Shown: positions 63,152-64,000 of the stretch, in pieces | Layout: every line of letters begins with the position of its first letter | Position numbering within the stretch: the first letter of the stretch is position 1 | NCBI GenBank assembly: GCA_027717595.1 | Contig: JALLOF010000002.1 | Coordinates: 29,324-93,323 of the forward strand | Origin: Nitrospinae bacterium AH_259_B05_G02_I21 | GTDB lineage: Bacteria > JADFOP01 | Direction of reading: 5' to 3' | DNA: 64,000 bases | Program-made: the position numbers and the translations under genes | Notes under the pieces: generated by a model | Database searches by the model: none | Seen by the model: the letters and a program-made list of their open reading frames with translations, nothing else | Told to the model about the DNA's origin: nothing

Positions 63152-64000
63152 ATGGCGGAAGGCAAAACCACCCTCAGCGTCATTAAAGCCGATGTCGGGA
63201 GCATCGGCGGCCACATAAAGCCCTCCCAGCGATTGCTTGACCGGGTGGCCGAGTTCATCGAGCAAGAGGGCCGAGGCCTGTTAACGGACTCCTTCATCTC
63301 CCACACGGGCGACGACATCGCCATCCTCATGGCCCACAACCGGGGCACGGACGACGAGGACATCCACAGGCTCGCCTGGGACGCCTTTTTGGCAGGCACC
63401 GAGACGGCCAAGGAGCAGGGCCTCTACGGGGCGGGCCAGGACCTGCTGAAAGACGCCTTCAGCGGCAACATCAAGGGAATGGGCCCTGCCGTGGCGGAAT
63501 TGGAGTTCGTCGAGCGGCCCAACGAGCCGTTCTTGTTCTTCGCCGCCGACAAGACCGACCCGGGCGCCTACAACCTCCCGCTTTACCTTGCCTTCGCCGA
63601 CCCCATGCACAACACGGGCCTGATGCTTTCGCCCTCGATGAGCGAGGGCTTTCAGTTCACCATCATGGACGTGACCCACACCGAGGGCGACCGCATCATC
63701 GAGCTGAACGCCCCCGAGGACCTCTACGACATTACGGCGCTGCTGCGCGACAACGAGCGTTTCGTGGTCGAGAGCATACATTCGCGCACCAACATGGAGG
63801 AGTGCGTCTCGGTCGCCACGAGTCGGCTCAGCCTCATCGCCGGCCGCTACACTGGAAAGGACGACCCGGTGATGCTCATCCGCACCCAAGGGGCCTTTCC
63901 CGCAACCGGTGAGATACTCAGCCCCTTCCGCCTCGGCCACTACGTGGCCGGCTACATGCGGGGCAGCCACACCGGGCCGCTTATGCCGGTGAAGCAAAAC
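63152..64000 (+). CDS. fbp: fructose-1,6-bisphosphate aldolase/phosphatase (class V FBPase, archaeal-type bifunctional), 3'-partial
   Basis: Not in the supplied ORF track because it runs off the window. It translates to MAEGKTTLSVIKADVGSIGGHIKPSQRLLDRVAEFIEQEG...DDIAILMAHNRGTDDEDIHRLAWDAF..., which matches the characteristic N-terminus of class V FBP aldolase/phosphatase. Confidence 0.8.
   Translation, partial: MAEGKTTLSVIKADVGSIGGHIKPSQRLLDRVAEFIEQEGRGLLTDSFISHTGDDIAILMAHNRGTDDEDIHRLAWDAFLAGTETAKEQGLYGAGQDLLKDAFSGNIKGMGPAVAELEFVERPNEPFLFFAADKTDPGAYNLPLYLAFADPMHNTGLMLSPSMSEGFQFTIMDVTHTEGDRIIELNAPEDLYDITALLRDNERFVVESIHSRTNMEECVSVATSRLSLIAGRYTGKDDPVMLIRTQGAFPATGEILSPFRLGHYVAGYMRGSHTGPLMPVKQN

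Overview
This 64 kb window looks like high-GC bacterial DNA and is almost entirely an accessory surface-glycan biosynthesis and modification island. Positions 157..39874 hold about 34 near-contiguous minus-strand genes, many with 4-10 bp start/stop overlaps, so they probably form very long operons. The minus-strand block encodes: a NeuB-type nonulosonic (sialic-like) acid synthase; an AsnB-type amidotransferase; four radical SAM enzymes, one of them B12-binding, plus a degraded fifth copy; about seven SAM methyltransferases, several with N-terminal zinc ribbons; a CE4 polysaccharide deacetylase; GT4 and GT2 glycosyltransferases; three large GT-C-like membrane transferases; a Wzx-type flippase; a TagF-like transferase; two tandem PglC-like initiating phosphoglycosyltransferases; a wHTH regulator; a TPR lipoprotein; and two transglutaminase-like proteins, one catalytically dead. 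The plus-strand part carries two SDR sugar epimerase/dehydratases, GalE, a DegT-family aminotransferase (on the minus strand) frameshifted at a G9 tract, a DPM1-like GT2, and three paralogous ~820 aa proteins that fuse a PA14-like carbohydrate-binding domain to a GT-C-fold membrane domain. That fusion is the most unusual feature of the window. A ~5.1 kb phage-like insertion (HNH endonuclease, Cas4-like PD-(D/E)xK nuclease, XRE and HTH regulators, no integrase) sits between ~290 bp imperfect direct repeats that duplicate the 3' end of a flippase-like membrane gene. Other mosaic signs are an IS30 transposase remnant, visibly AT-richer gene blocks, a frameshifted partial radical SAM duplicate and a methyltransferase fragment. 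The 3' end of the window carries MinD-like ATPase, a J-like/RodZ-like protein, thioredoxin and the start of an archaeal-type class V fructose-1,6-bisphosphate aldolase/phosphatase. No rRNA, tRNA or CRISPR was found.
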